A stretch of DNA of 64,000 bases from an uncultured cyanobacterium (GCA_963803805.1 CAWDOD010000008.1:85621-149620); one strand, 5' to 3'. Shown: positions 1 through 10,725, numbered from the stretch's first letter. A program made the numbers and translations. Notes: generated by a model from the letters alone, not told the origin.

Positions 1-480
1 CAGAAGCGCCTTCAAATTGGTAGTGAAATCGTCAATGTTCGCATTCCCCCCGGTGCTAAACCTGATATGCGTATTCGTTTGCGGGGTAAAGGCAGGGTAG
101 ATCCTTATAGTAAAATTCGAGGGGACTTATTCTTGAACGTAGAACTAGAACCCCATACTTTCTTTCAATTTAAAGATGATAAATTGCTTTGTGAAGTGCC
201 TGTTGCCCCTGATGAAGCTGTGTTAGGGGCCTCCATTGAAGTACCAACCCCTGATGGCTCTGTCACCATGAAAATTCCTGCGGGTATCCGCCCTGGGCAA
301 TCCCTACGTTTGCGGGGTAAAGGTTGGCCTAATCCCAAAGGAGTTCGGGGAGATCAACTAGTAAAGATTAAAATTGCTATTCCCAAAAAAATTAGCACCA
401 CTGAACAAGAATATTACGAAAAAATTCGTGCTAGCCGTAGCTATGATCCCCGTAGCAAACTGAAAAATATCAGTCTTTAA
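1..480 (+). CDS. DnaJ/CbpA-class chaperone, C-terminal substrate-binding domain (5'-partial)
   Basis: Frame open from base 1; two DnaJ_C repeats (IPPGAKPDMRIRLRGKG...GDL; IPAGIRPGQSLRLRGKG...GDQLV). Confidence 0.9.
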   Translation, partial: QKRLQIGSEIVNVRIPPGAKPDMRIRLRGKGRVDPYSKIRGDLFLNVELEPHTFFQFKDDKLLCEVPVAPDEAVLGASIEVPTPDGSVTMKIPAGIRPGQSLRLRGKGWPNPKGVRGDQLVKIKIAIPKKISTTEQEYYEKIRASRSYDPRSKLKNISL

Positions 481-540
481 TAATCAAAGCAAAACCCTAG
501 ACTCAACCATAAACCAAGGCAAACTGATAAGATAATTTCT

Positions 541-750
541 GTGTCTTGGATTACTATCAGAACAACTAACACCCGCTGGGAAGCTGAGTTAATGCAACAA
601 TTACTCGCAGCTTATGATATCCCCAGTCGGGTTCTTGATATTGGTGTCGGCTCCTATTTTGGCCAAGGAAGTCCGGCGGTTTTGCAAGTACGTTCTCATG
701 ATCAATGGACAGCTTTGCTGTTGTTGAGTCCTGTCGAAGAAGAAGAGTAA
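541..750 (+). CDS. DUF2007-like (PII-like putative signal-transducing) small protein
   Basis: GTG start; W..I......EAELMQQLLAAYDIP..V pattern typical of this family. Confidence 0.7.
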   Translation: MSWITIRTTNTRWEAELMQQLLAAYDIPSRVLDIGVGSYFGQGSPAVLQVRSHDQWTALLLLSPVEEEE

Positions 751-791
751 TCCTTTTATTTAATAATCTTTTTTAGGAATTAACTTTACTT

Positions 792-1739
792 ATGTCTCTA
801 TTTGACTGGTTTGCTAACCGCAGAAAATCAGAACCCCATACTCAAACAAGACAAGAACGAGAAATAGCTGACGGGCTGTGGACAAAATGCCCTGCTTGCG
901 GAGTCTTAGCTTATACTAAAGACTTGCGAGGCAATCAAATGGTTTGCTCAGAATGTGAACATCATTTGAGCGTTAACAGTGACGAACGCATAGCTCAGTT
1001 AATTGATGCTGATACTTGGCAACCTTTAGGGGAAGGACTTAGACCAACAGATCCTCTTAAATTCCGCGATCGCAAGGCATATCAAGATCGTTTGCGGGAT
1101 TATCAAGAAAAAACAGGTTTGTCTGATGCGGTACAAACAGGAATTGGCGAGATTGATGGTTTGCCTTTGGCCCTAGGAGTGATGGATTTCACCTTTATGG
1201 GGGGTAGCATGGGTTCTGTAGTGGGGGAAAAACTCTGTCGCCTCATTGAACGTGCTACCAAAGAAAGGATACCCGTTATTATTCTTTGTGCTTCTGGGGG
1301 TGCAAGGATGCAAGAAGGGGTATTAAGTTTGATGCAAATGGCGAAGATTTCCGGCGCTTTACAACACCACCGCGAAGCTAAATTACTCTATATACCAGTT
1401 CTTACCCATCCTACCACCGGAGGCGTGACAGCTAGTTTTGCCATGCTTGGGGATTTGATTTTGGCTGAACCAAAAGCAACTATTGGATTTGCAGGCAGGC
1501 GGGTAATTGAACAAACTCTCAGGGAAAAGTTACCTGACGATTTCCAAACTTCAGAATATCTTTTACAACATGGTTTTGTTGATGCGATAGTTTCTCGCAC
1601 TCAATTAAAGAAAACTTTGGCTAAGTTAATTTGCCTTCACCAACCTATAACTACCATCCCAGAAGTCAACAATTCCCATCACGTTTTGAATAACCATAGT
1701 AACAATAAGGAACTAGGTTCATCAGAAGTGATATTTTAA
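792..1739 (+). CDS. accD: Acetyl-CoA carboxylase carboxyltransferase beta subunit
   Basis: GLWTKCPAC...CSEC zinc finger, [44 protein letters not shown]. Confidence 0.98.
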   Translation: MSLFDWFANRRKSEPHTQTRQEREIADGLWTKCPACGVLAYTKDLRGNQMVCSECEHHLSVNSDERIAQLIDADTWQPLGEGLRPTDPLKFRDRKAYQDRLRDYQEKTGLSDAVQTGIGEIDGLPLALGVMDFTFMGGSMGSVVGEKLCRLIERATKERIPVIILCASGGARMQEGVLSLMQMAKISGALQHHREAKLLYIPVLTHPTTGGVTASFAMLGDLILAEPKATIGFAGRRVIEQTLREKLPDDFQTSEYLLQHGFVDAIVSRTQLKKTLAKLICLHQPITTIPEVNNSHHVLNNHSNNKELGSSEVIF

Positions 1740-1776
1740 CTATTAGCCATTAGCCATAATTCTAATCATCAAAACC

Positions 1777-2337
1777 ATGTCTAAATCTTTAAAATCCTTA
1801 TTAGCCATAATTCTAATTATCTTAAGCCTAAGTTTATCTAGTTGTAACAGCGCTGTTAGCGGTTTAAAAAGCTATGTAGATGCTACCCAAGGATATGAGT
1901 TTCTATATCCCAATGGTTGGATTTATGTTGATATTGGAGGGGTAAGAAAGGGCGTTAAAGTTGTCTTTCAAGACTTGATTGAAAAGACAGAAAATTTAAG
2001 TGTGGTAGCAAGTGAAGTTTCCCAAGATAAAACCCTTAAGGATTTGGGTACGCCCACAGAAGTTGGTTATAGTTTGCTTAAAAGTGCGATCGCTCCTGAT
2101 GGTTCAAAACGTCAGGCAGATTTGGTAGGTGCGGAGATTAAAGATGCTCCAACCCAAACCTATTACACCTTAGAATATGAGGTTAAGTTGCCTGATGGTA
2201 GAGAAAGACATAATCTTGCTAGCGTGGCTATTAGTCGTGGTCAATTATTTACTTTTAATGTTTCTGTTCCCGAAACACATTGGGGCAAGTTAGAAAAACG
2301 ATTAGAAGCAGTGGTTGATTCTTTTACAGTTTATTAA
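1777..2337 (+). CDS. psbP: Photosystem II PsbP (CyanoP) lipoprotein
   Basis: Lipobox LSSC; GYEFLYPNGW, ENLSVV, LGTPTEVG, RHNLASV, VDSFTVY. Confidence 0.9.
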   Translation: MSKSLKSLLAIILIILSLSLSSCNSAVSGLKSYVDATQGYEFLYPNGWIYVDIGGVRKGVKVVFQDLIEKTENLSVVASEVSQDKTLKDLGTPTEVGYSLLKSAIAPDGSKRQADLVGAEIKDAPTQTYYTLEYEVKLPDGRERHNLASVAISRGQLFTFNVSVPETHWGKLEKRLEAVVDSFTVY

Positions 2338-2357
2338 GGCATTAAAATAGGCATTAT

Positions 2358-3200
2358 TCAAAGTAATCCTAAATCTTGTAAACACAGTCTGGTAACTTTC
2401 AATCTTACTGCGGGATCTGTTTGGGAATCTATATCTAGATTAGTAGCAAAAAAATAAACATTATCGTTTTGTTCTAAGTAACCTACATACCAACCTATTC
2501 TTTGGGTTAATCCCGTTTTGCCCCGAAGTAGGTAATCAGGTGTTTGTTCAGCGATCGCAATTTCTTTAACTAGATCAATGGTTCGTTGGCTAAAAGGTAA
2601 ATCATTTTGGTATAAGCGGCGAAGGAAGTCAATTTGTTGGTGAGGGGTAATTCTTAATTGCCCTGAAAGCCAAAACTTATCTATATCTTCTGGGCTACCG
2701 ATATTTTGATTGCCATATTGAATTTGCTTAACAAAATCCTGCATTTTTTCGTAACCAATTCTACGAGCCAATACTTGATAAAACCAAACGGCGGAATACT
2801 TGAAAGCTAGACGAATGTTTAAATCTTGGTTCCATTGCTTAATAGGAGAATCTGCGAAACCTCTTTCAATGCCATCCCAAGTAAGAACCTCAACATCGTT
2901 TTTGATTACGCCAGTTTCTAAGGCAATTAATGAGTTAGGAATTTTATAGGTAGATGCGGGGAGGAAGGCGGTATTATTGCGAGGGGGATTATGTTGATAA
3001 AAGCTATCTCCCTTCAGGTCGTAAATGATAATAGAGCCATTAATGCCTAAAGTATCAAAATGCTGTTTGAAACTAACTGTTTGCTCTATTTTTAGTGGAG
3101 TTTGTGAATAAACTTTATGTTCTAGAAGAAACCAATTACCAATTATACCCAAAAGCAACAATAATAAAAGACTGAGCCGTTTTTTCATGAATTGTTTCAC
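2358..3200 (-). CDS. Class D beta-lactamase (OXA-like) family protein
   Basis: Signal peptide; PASTYK (SxxK), YSAVW (SxV), YGN, FWL.G.L.I, KTG, GWYVG motifs. Confidence 0.9.
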   Translation of the reverse strand: MKQFMKKRLSLLLLLLLGIIGNWFLLEHKVYSQTPLKIEQTVSFKQHFDTLGINGSIIIYDLKGDSFYQHNPPRNNTAFLPASTYKIPNSLIALETGVIKNDVEVLTWDGIERGFADSPIKQWNQDLNIRLAFKYSAVWFYQVLARRIGYEKMQDFVKQIQYGNQNIGSPEDIDKFWLSGQLRITPHQQIDFLRRLYQNDLPFSQRTIDLVKEIAIAEQTPDYLLRGKTGLTQRIGWYVGYLEQNDNVYFFATNLDIDSQTDPAVRLKVTRLCLQDLGLL

Positions 3201-3274
3201 TTGTTCAAAGTGATTAAGGTTGATTGATAGAATTATTGTTTAAGTTAACTAATTAACTTAAACAATAATATAAA

Positions 3275-4273
3275 TTATTTATCTGTTGAGGGAACAGATT
3301 TAGCGGGTGGTGATTTTTCTGCTAACTTGTCTACTAAATTGGGAATTCCTATTCCTGCTAAAAGTGTACCAATTGCTCCTACTGCTGCCCACAAAAGCGC
3401 CCAATTAATATTAAGTTTAGGCTTGCTAATTTTGATTAAATGAGTTTTTTCTTCTGGCATAATTGCTTTCAAACTCAATTCAGCTAACCATTCTGCTACG
3501 GATTGGGGACGATCTGAAGAGTCAACTTTTAAGGCTTTAAGGATAGCTTTGTTAAGGCGATCGCTAATTTGAGAGTTAATTTCTTTCGGTGCAACCAACT
3601 TATCTAAGGCACAAGCCCTCTTGAAAGCATCAGCAGGAGTTTCTTTTGTAAGCAAGACATAAAGAGTTGCCCCTAAAGCATAGATATCAGTATAAGGACC
3701 TCGTTGGGCAGTTTCTGAATATAATTCTGGGGCAGCGAAACCGGAGACAATTTCTTCTGTACGTTTTTTAGTTAATTCGCGGTCAAAATCCAAAGCTAAA
3801 CCAAAATCAATCAATACAGCTTCTTCAGTGTTGCGTCTAATTAAAATATTACCCGGTCTAACATCGCGATGTAGCAAGCCATTGTCATGAACTTCAATTA
3901 ACGCGCTACCAATTTGTTGAATGTATTGTAAAGCCTCTGCTTCCGGTAGAATTTGTGGCGATCGCTTTGCTAAATCCTCCCCTTCAATATATTCTGTCAC
4001 CATGCACCACAAACCCTGATCCTTAAATAATTCCCGCGCTTCGACAATATGGGGATGTTGGCATTTTGCTAACTTGAAGGCTTCTTGAATAAATACTTGT
4101 TGCAAGCGTTCAAATTCATTTCCTTGTAAGGCTTGATCGTTGAGGGTTTTAATAACGAAAGGCTTATCTTTTTTATCCCTGACTAAATAAGTAATACCAA
4201 AACGCCCTTGCCCTATTTCTCTTTGGATTGTATACCTACCATTGTGAAGTTTCGTTCCTGGTTGCCAAGCCAT
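3275..4273 (-). CDS. Hanks-type Ser/Thr protein kinase with C-terminal TM helix
   Basis: GQGRFG, VIK, HRDVRPGN, DFG, APE, DIYALG; hydrophobic WALLWAAVGAIG tail. Confidence 0.95.
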   Translation of the reverse strand: MAWQPGTKLHNGRYTIQREIGQGRFGITYLVRDKKDKPFVIKTLNDQALQGNEFERLQQVFIQEAFKLAKCQHPHIVEARELFKDQGLWCMVTEYIEGEDLAKRSPQILPEAEALQYIQQIGSALIEVHDNGLLHRDVRPGNILIRRNTEEAVLIDFGLALDFDRELTKKRTEEIVSGFAAPELYSETAQRGPYTDIYALGATLYVLLTKETPADAFKRACALDKLVAPKEINSQISDRLNKAILKALKVDSSDRPQSVAEWLAELSLKAIMPEEKTHLIKISKPKLNINWALLWAAVGAIGTLLAGIGIPNLVDKLAEKSPPAKSVPSTDK

Positions 4274-4342
4274 ATCTTTTTGAATAGTTGCATAGCTAAT
4301 CCCTTTAATAGTATACGACCCAGAGAAACAGGAGATTGCCCA

Positions 4343-4681
4343 ATGGATAAATTGAGTTTATATCGCCAATTAATTCAAGAGTCCCTAAAACAAAGGGCAG
4401 ATTTGCGATCACCAGATGATCCAGTCAGGAGTCAAACCATTTTTGATCGTGAAGATGACCACTACCAACTTATACATTTAGGTTGGAAAGATAGTAATAC
4501 TCGCATCTATGGTTGTATCATACACGTTGATATTATTGATGAGAAAATTTGGATTCAACATGACGGTACTGAATATGGAATCGCAGATCAGTTAGTAGAA
4601 AAAGGTGTACCGAAGCAAGATATTGTTTTGGCTTATCGTCCAGCTTATATAAGGCAGTATACAGATTTTGCGGTGGGATAA
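4343..4681 (+). CDS. xisI: XisI family protein
   Basis: True start MDKLSLYRQ at 4343 after GGAG RBS; FD...DHYQL...GW...RIYGCIIH.DI.DEKIWIQHDGTE.GIA..L...GVPK.DIVLAY. Confidence 0.92.
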   Translation: MDKLSLYRQLIQESLKQRADLRSPDDPVRSQTIFDREDDHYQLIHLGWKDSNTRIYGCIIHVDIIDEKIWIQHDGTEYGIADQLVEKGVPKQDIVLAYRPAYIRQYTDFAVG

Positions 4682-4756
4682 GAGAATTTTTATCGCCTTT
4701 ATTTCAGACAATTTATAATCTATTGCAGAGTAGTAAATAGGGAATGAAGGAACGCA

Positions 4757-5065
4757 ATGAAATACAGAAAGTTGAAAAGATTACGGGAAAGAAAGCTTTG
4801 CTCGTTTATATCTCCGGAAGAAATTGCTAAGCGCAAGGAAAAAGCTGAAGCTATGGCTAAACTTGGGCGAGAGATTTTTTGGCGAGTTTATCCGGATTTG
4901 GTGAATAAATATCCTGGTTGGGCAATTTTGATTGAACCAGAAAGTGGTGATTATTTCCTCGATCCTGATCCAGAAGTAGCTTTCCGAAAAGCACGTAAAA
5001 ATTATCCTTATGCTGATATTTTGGAGAAATGTCCTAACAAAACAGGTTGTGCTGGCAGGATATGA
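4757..5065 (+). CDS. DUF5678-like small protein
   Basis: L..KYPGW.I.IEPESGDYF.......A...AR..YP pattern; AAGG RBS upstream. Confidence 0.6.
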   Translation: MKYRKLKRLRERKLCSFISPEEIAKRKEKAEAMAKLGREIFWRVYPDLVNKYPGWAILIEPESGDYFLDPDPEVAFRKARKNYPYADILEKCPNKTGCAGRI

Positions 5066-5112
5066 TTCAGGGCTATTTTACAAGTTTTATATCCCATACC
5101 GCTATGGATTAA
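5062..5112 (+). pseudogene. 5' stub (MIQGYF...) of a probable retropepsin-like aspartic protease
   Basis: ATGA overlap with the previous gene; MIQGYF resembles the start of the aspartyl proteases that usually follow DUF5678-like genes; the frame ends after 16 codons inside the REP-like element. Confidence 0.45.
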
Positions 5113-5342
5113 AATCCACAGCTAACAGCTAAAGTCATCTCAAAGATGACTCAGAGTTTTTTAGTTTCTAGTAAGAGAGTGCTTTGAGATTTCAAGATTA
5201 TGGCTCAACAAAAATGAGAGGAAATTTACGGCTATAAAGCTAAAAGTCTCTCTAACTCCCTACATAACTTAAACAAAAATGAAACAATTCCCAGTCATCT
5301 TAAGATGACTTCTGCTATTAGCCCGGAATTTATTCCTGGGCG
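5100..5342. mobile_element. REP/REPIN-like inverted doublet of double-hairpin units
   Basis: 5101-5151 (gctatggattaaaatccacagc + agtcatctcaaagatgact) is an imperfect inverted copy of 5293-5341 (agtcatcttaagatgact + gcccggaatttattcctgggc). Confidence 0.7.
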
Positions 5343-5467
5343 AGATGGGAGGAATAATTTTTCTAGTTTTAATTTGTAAGGAAGAATGTAGGGTAAAGGT
5401 TGTTGACTAATGGTTAAGAACAAACAGCTTAATTTCATCGATTTGTAGCATATTCTTTTTATTCCAT

Positions 5468-6280
5468 CTAACTATTAAAAATTGCTTTGTAAGCAAATCC
5501 CAACAGTCCTCCTAAGCCTAATCCTAGTAAAGAGGTGCTTGCTAAGATTAGGAAAGTATGAAATCTGCTGAAATATTGAATTAATTCTTCACTAGCCAGA
5601 GTCTCAGCACCAGCAGCCATAGCCACAGTCATAGCCATAACCATAGCAGCCACAGTCTCATCCTCAGCCACAATCAAAACCATAGTCATAGCCACACTCA
5701 CAGCAGCCACACTCACAGCAGCCACAGTCATAGCAGCCACAGCCACAGCCACAGCCATAACCACAGCTAACATCCATACTACATATGAAACAGAAGATAA
5801 CGAGAAGATAATCCCTGCAAAAACATAAACAGCCAATAAGAATTTTAACCCAACCAAAAGAATAACTTTCTTATTCCTTGGCTTTTGTACTTCTAACAAA
5901 TTTAACCACTTCTCAACAAATTGAGGACGATTTTCTGCCTCTAATTCCATCCCCTTAAAAATTGCCTTATTCAAATCTCTACTAACTTCTAAAACCAACT
6001 TTCTCGGCGCAATTAAATTAGCATTATCTATCTTGCGGGCAAAAGAACTAGTAGGACGTTGACCCGTTACCAAAAAATAAAGAGTTGCAGCCAAACAATA
6101 AACATCGGCATTCTTTTCCCTACTACCCTTCATCATTTGTTCATTCGGAGTTTTCAACGCCACTAATTCCTGGTGGAAAGTATCCAAAGCCTTATAAGTA
6201 ATACCGAAACCACCTTGCCCTAAAACTTCCTGGATTACATACCGACCCTTCTTTACTTTGTATCCTTCTGCCCAAACCAT
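5468..6280 (-). pseudogene. Ser/Thr kinase with in-frame deletion of the catalytic core; Ala/Val low-complexity multi-TM C-terminus
   Basis: GQGGFG and ALKTPN are joined almost directly to DVYCLAATL; HRD, DFG and APE are absent. Confidence 0.8.
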
Positions 6281-6411
6281 AGATCAGTTTTTTCTAAAAC
6301 CCCTAACATTTTTCTAAAACCATCAACAAGTCTATGTTATTCGCTCTTAAAATTTGGCATCGTGGTACTTACAATATTAAAGGACTGTTTTATTCTTCCT
6401 ATTCTGAATTA

Positions 6412-7008
6412 GTGAAAGTTCCTACCTTCGTCTTAGCCTCTGCCTCCCCTGCCCGACGCAAAATACTTGCAGATGCAGGTATTAAAATTATTGTTCGTAA
6501 AAGCGACTTTGATGAATCCCAAGTTAATCTTAAAGATCCTCGCCCTTTAGTAGAAACTTTAGCTGTACGCAAAGCCGAAACTGTTGCCCGTCAGTTTGAG
6601 GATGCCTTAGTTTTAGGTTGTGATTCTGTACTAGCTTTAGATGGGGAAATTTATGGTAAACCGGAATCTCCTCAAATTGCGATCGCCCGATGGCAAAAGA
6701 TGCGCGGCAATAGCGGTTTGCTTTATACTGGCCATGCTCTTATCGACCAAAATAAACACCAAAAAGTAGTCCGGTGTGGTGTAACTAAAGTCTATTTCGC
6801 CAATATTAGCGATCGCCTCATTGAAGCTTATATTGCCACAGGGGAACCTTTAAATTGTGCAGGTTGTTTTGCTATTGATGGCAAGGGAGGATTGTTAGTA
6901 GAAAAGCTAGAAGGCTGTCACAACAATGTTATTGGTTTGAGTCTCCCTTTGTTACGGGAAATGTTAGAAAAACTGGGCTATAAAATAGAAGATTTTTGGT
7001 TAAATTAA
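6412..7008 (+). CDS. maf: Maf family nucleoside-triphosphate pyrophosphatase
   Basis: Likely GTG start at 6412; [39 protein letters not shown]. Confidence 0.93.
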   Translation: MKVPTFVLASASPARRKILADAGIKIIVRKSDFDESQVNLKDPRPLVETLAVRKAETVARQFEDALVLGCDSVLALDGEIYGKPESPQIAIARWQKMRGNSGLLYTGHALIDQNKHQKVVRCGVTKVYFANISDRLIEAYIATGEPLNCAGCFAIDGKGGLLVEKLEGCHNNVIGLSLPLLREMLEKLGYKIEDFWLN

Positions 7009-7018
7009 GGGCGAATTG

Positions 7019-7207
7019 TTAACATCCTAATTCTTCAAAATCAGGAGGAAGTACAAAGTTAGCTTGTTTATTTTCCGTTAAGGTTGGCTCATTTTCAGCC
7101 GTCTCTTCTAACTTAGCTAGTAAACTCTCCGCTTCAAGATCACCTTTTTCTGCTTGAAGTTGAAGATAATATCGCAATTCATTAGTTAAAGTGTCAGGAA
7201 TTTCCAT
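7019..7207 (-). CDS. Hypothetical small protein
   Basis: 62-aa ORF co-oriented 14 nt downstream of the Uma2 gene; plausible helical composition. Confidence 0.55.
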   Translation of the reverse strand: MEIPDTLTNELRYYLQLQAEKGDLEAESLLAKLEETAENEPTLTENKQANFVLPPDFEELGC

Positions 7208-7221
7208 AATGTTTAATGTTA

Positions 7222-8022
7222 TTAATTGCCGAGCTTTATGACTTGAGATTCAGACAAATCTGTTAAACTAGCTACCTGTTCCACAGTCATACCTTGTTCC
7301 AACAATTTCCTTGCCACCTGGTGTAACTGAGACTCTGCTTCATCTGCCCTTTGTTGTTCCTGATTAGCCCTTCTTTGTTCTTCCTCAGCCATTTCTTGAG
7401 GAGTAGGCAGCAATTCCCCATGCAAATTTGCCCAGCGTAACCAAGTTGCTTTAATACCTTTATAACTGCCTTGCCAACGCACTAAACTTAAACCTAATCT
7501 TTGAGATACTAACTGATTTTGCTCATTAACTACTATGGGTTGATAGACACCATTTTGTAAACGAAATCCTGCCCAATCATCTGGCTTAAAAGGGTCAAAC
7601 CAGAAATATTCTGGTACACGCATTTGATTTTGATAAATCTGCTTTTTCTCTTTTTTGTCATACTTAGCAGTGGTTGCTGACAAAAGTTCAATAACTACAT
7701 CGGGGGCTTTTCCTTCTTCCCAAATTACCCAACTTCGACGCTCACCTTTAGGTACATCTAATGCTACAAAAACATCTGGCCCTTTATAATCTTTATTTTT
7801 AATTTGAGCCAAGCTGTAGTAAACAAACATATTACCACCCACATAGCCATTATCCCGATTATCTAACCAAGATGAGAGGCTATAAATGAGCAGATCCATT
7901 TGTGCCTTATGCCTTTCGCTTTCCATTGGTATACCATCATCATAGGGAAGATCAGCCTGAGTAGGGGGGGCCGTCACGGGCATTGATACTGTGGTTTCAG
8001 TGAGTATAAGCTGCTCTGACAT
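7222..8022 (-). CDS. Uma2 (DUF820) PD-(D/E)XK endonuclease family protein
   Basis: LPYDDGIPMES.RH, GPDVFV, PDVVIELLS, K..IY....VPEYFWFDP; coiled-coil tail. Confidence 0.93.
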   Translation of the reverse strand: MSEQLILTETTVSMPVTAPPTQADLPYDDGIPMESERHKAQMDLLIYSLSSWLDNRDNGYVGGNMFVYYSLAQIKNKDYKGPDVFVALDVPKGERRSWVIWEEGKAPDVVIELLSATTAKYDKKEKKQIYQNQMRVPEYFWFDPFKPDDWAGFRLQNGVYQPIVVNEQNQLVSQRLGLSLVRWQGSYKGIKATWLRWANLHGELLPTPQEMAEEEQRRANQEQQRADEAESQLHQVARKLLEQGMTVEQVASLTDLSESQVIKLGN

Positions 8023-8112
8023 GACTTTCCAAAAATGTTAGTTTACCAGATGTGTACTACTTCTATGTTAACGGATACTGGTTTGAAGCAAATATCATTT
8101 TGTCTGAGATTA

Positions 8113-9498
8113 CTAACTTTTCTCTAGTAAAAATTTCAAGAATTTTAACTTCCCTTCATAAGGTGGATATTTTAATTTAATATCTAACCAAAAAGGCTTT
8201 TTCAAAATACTTTTTTGATGAGAAAAAGCATCAAATCCGGCTTTACCATGATAACTTCCCATACCACTTGCCCCCACACCACCAAAGGGTAATTCACAGG
8301 AGGCAACTTGGGAGATAGTGTCGTTAATACAAACTCCCCCAGAGGAAGTTTGTTCTAATACTTGTTTTTGTACTTGCTTATCTTCAGAAAAAATGTACAA
8401 AGCTAAAGGTTTAGGTCGAGAATTAATCGCTGTGATGGCCTCTGTTAAATTCTCATATTCTATAATGGGTAAGATCGGACCAAATATCTCTTCAGCCATA
8501 ACTTCATCGTCCCAGTTTATCTGATCAATAATAGTAGGAGCAATATAGCGTTCTGCTGAATTAGTTTCTCCTCCCACTACTATTTTTCCTTCTTTTAATA
8601 AGGCAGATAAGCGTTGAAAATGCCTGTCGCTAATGATACGACTATAATCTGGGCTAGTAGCTGGATTTTGCCCATAAAATTCTTCCAGACATTTTTTTAG
8701 CGCAGTTAAGAATTGGCTTTTAATACTGCTATGAACTAAAAGATAATCTGGGGCAATACAAGTTTGTCCGGCGTTGATAAATTTCCCCCAAGCGATTCTT
8801 TTAGCACTTATTTCTACATCTGTATTACTATCAACAATACAAGGACTTTTTCCTCCTAATTCTAAGGTTACAGGAGTTAAGTATTTAGCCGCAGCCTCCA
8901 TAACAATTTTGCCTATGGCTGTACTACCTGTAAAAAAGATGTGATCAAACTTTTGTTTAAGTAATTCAGTAGAAACTTTCTTGTCTCCTTCAACTACGGT
9001 AATATATTCAGGAGGGAAGACTTTCTCTATTAGTTGGGCAATTATTTGGGAAGTATGACTAGCAATTTCCGAAGGTTTAATAATGACACAATTCCCCGCA
9101 GCGATCGCACTAACTAAAGGTGCTATAGCTAATTGAAAAGGATAGTTCCAAGGACTAATAATTAAAACCACTCCTAAAGGTTCAGGAATTATGTGAGAAG
9201 AACCAGGTAAAAGAGCTAGAGGAGTGGCAACTTTTTGGGGCTTTGTCCAAGTTTTAAGATGCTTAAGGGCATGACTAATCTCCTTAATACATAAGCTTAC
9301 TTCTGCGGCTAAAGATTCTAACTTTGGTCTTTTGAGGTCATTATACAAAGCTTGAGCTATTTCTTCTTCTTGGCTTTTAATAGCTTGTTGAAGAGCTTTT
9401 AGCTGTTCAATCCTAAAAGTAAGGGAGCGAGTTTTTCCTGTCGCGAAAAAGCTCCTCTGCTGAGTGATAATTTCACTAGTAGCAACTTGAGTAATCAT
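8113..9498 (-). CDS. Aldehyde dehydrogenase (ALDH3-like)
   Basis: [45 protein letters not shown]. Confidence 0.96.
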   Translation of the reverse strand: MITQVATSEIITQQRSFFATGKTRSLTFRIEQLKALQQAIKSQEEEIAQALYNDLKRPKLESLAAEVSLCIKEISHALKHLKTWTKPQKVATPLALLPGSSHIIPEPLGVVLIISPWNYPFQLAIAPLVSAIAAGNCVIIKPSEIASHTSQIIAQLIEKVFPPEYITVVEGDKKVSTELLKQKFDHIFFTGSTAIGKIVMEAAAKYLTPVTLELGGKSPCIVDSNTDVEISAKRIAWGKFINAGQTCIAPDYLLVHSSIKSQFLTALKKCLEEFYGQNPATSPDYSRIISDRHFQRLSALLKEGKIVVGGETNSAERYIAPTIIDQINWDDEVMAEEIFGPILPIIEYENLTEAITAINSRPKPLALYIFSEDKQVQKQVLEQTSSGGVCINDTISQVASCELPFGGVGASGMGSYHGKAGFDAFSHQKSILKKPFWLDIKLKYPPYEGKLKFLKFLLEKS

Positions 9499-9600
9499 CT
9501 TATATAAAAACCCTTTGCTGAAACTTTATTTAAACTTTCTCTATTAGTTACTGTCTATTGCCTCAAGTCAACCTGACAAATTTTTATGGCTTAATTCATT

Positions 9601-10716
9601 CTAACAAATGCTAGGTAAGCGAACAATAAACTCACTCCCTTTCCCTAACTCTGATTCTACTTCAATAGTTCCTTTGTGGGTTTCAAGAATACGACGAGAA
9701 AGATGTAATCCTAAACCACTACCAGAAAGATTATGATTGCCTTGACGGAATCTCTGAAAAAGATTTTTCTGCTCTTCTAGGGAAATACCAGGTCCAGTAT
9801 CTTGAACTTTCACAACTACCCAGTTAGTGCCATCCTCTGGCTCAGTTTGTGTTAGTAATTCAATTTTTACAGAACCGCTATCAGTAAACTTAATGCTATT
9901 ACCAATTAAGTTAGTAAATACCCGACGTAACTCCAGATGATCTCCTTCTACAGGATTGTATTGTTGGTAAATTTTATAGTCAAGTTCTAAACCTTTTTCT
10001 TCAGCTAAGGGGGCAAGTTCCGGAACAATCTCGGCAATCAACTTATCTAAATTAATAACAGAAAAATGCAATTGCTTGCGCCCAGCTTCATAGCGATAAA
10101 CCTCAAGCATTGTATTCACCATTTCTAGCAAATTACGGTTACTGCGGGCCATTACTGTAATCGCTTCTACCATATTAGGGGGTAAATCCCCTAAAGCACC
10201 CTGTTGAAACAAAGACAGCATTCGATCTGCTGCAACCAAAGGAGTACGCATATCGTGGGTAAGACGAGACACAAAATCTTCTCGCTGACGAGCAATCTGA
10301 TCTCTTTCATCTACACTATGTTTAAGTCTCAGTAGCGATCGCACCCTAGCCAGTAATTCATCAACTTCTACTGGTTTACGGATAAAATCATCCGCGCCAC
10401 TATCTAACCCTTTAACAGCACTAGGTTCATCATGGGCAGTAATCAGCAAAATGGGGATAAAGGGCAAGTTACGATTTTCACGAATGCGCTTAGTAACCTC
10501 CAACCCATCCATTTCCGGCATCATCACATCTAGTAATACCAAATCTGGTGGGGATTGTTCCACTCGCACTAAACAATCTGCCCCATTAGTAGCCAAAGTT
10601 ATGTCATATCCTTCTTCTTCTAAGATGCTTTGTACTAAAAACAAGTTATCGGCAGAATCATCAACAACTAGAATACGGTAGGTTTTAGTAGACTGCTGAA
10701 AAAGAGAAGATTCCAT
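9601..10716 (-). CDS. Hybrid response regulator-histidine kinase (REC-HisKA-HATPase)
   Basis: LVVDD, LLDVMMP, KP; THDMRTPL; NLIGNSIKF, DTGPGI, GSGLGL. Confidence 0.95.
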   Translation of the reverse strand: MESSLFQQSTKTYRILVVDDSADNLFLVQSILEEEGYDITLATNGADCLVRVEQSPPDLVLLDVMMPEMDGLEVTKRIRENRNLPFIPILLITAHDEPSAVKGLDSGADDFIRKPVEVDELLARVRSLLRLKHSVDERDQIARQREDFVSRLTHDMRTPLVAADRMLSLFQQGALGDLPPNMVEAITVMARSNRNLLEMVNTMLEVYRYEAGRKQLHFSVINLDKLIAEIVPELAPLAEEKGLELDYKIYQQYNPVEGDHLELRRVFTNLIGNSIKFTDSGSVKIELLTQTEPEDGTNWVVVKVQDTGPGISLEEQKNLFQRFRQGNHNLSGSGLGLHLSRRILETHKGTIEVESELGKGSEFIVRLPSIC

Positions 10717-10725
10717 AGGAAGATA

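Noticed and set aside
1752-1821. Direct repeat ttagccataattctaat (1752 and 1801) around the psbP start
   Set aside because: Short, AT-rich and adjacent to STRR-like heptamers; no evidence of a target-site duplication.
2358-3200. Beta-lactamase as an acquired resistance cassette
   Set aside because: No attC, integrase or IS ends; it contains a host HIP1 site at 2551.
4208-4342. N-terminal extensions in the ORF track (also 6334, 22898, 41330, 41734, 55575, 60747)
   Set aside because: They overlap neighbouring genes or STRR repeats; downstream starts fit the RBS and family N-termini better.
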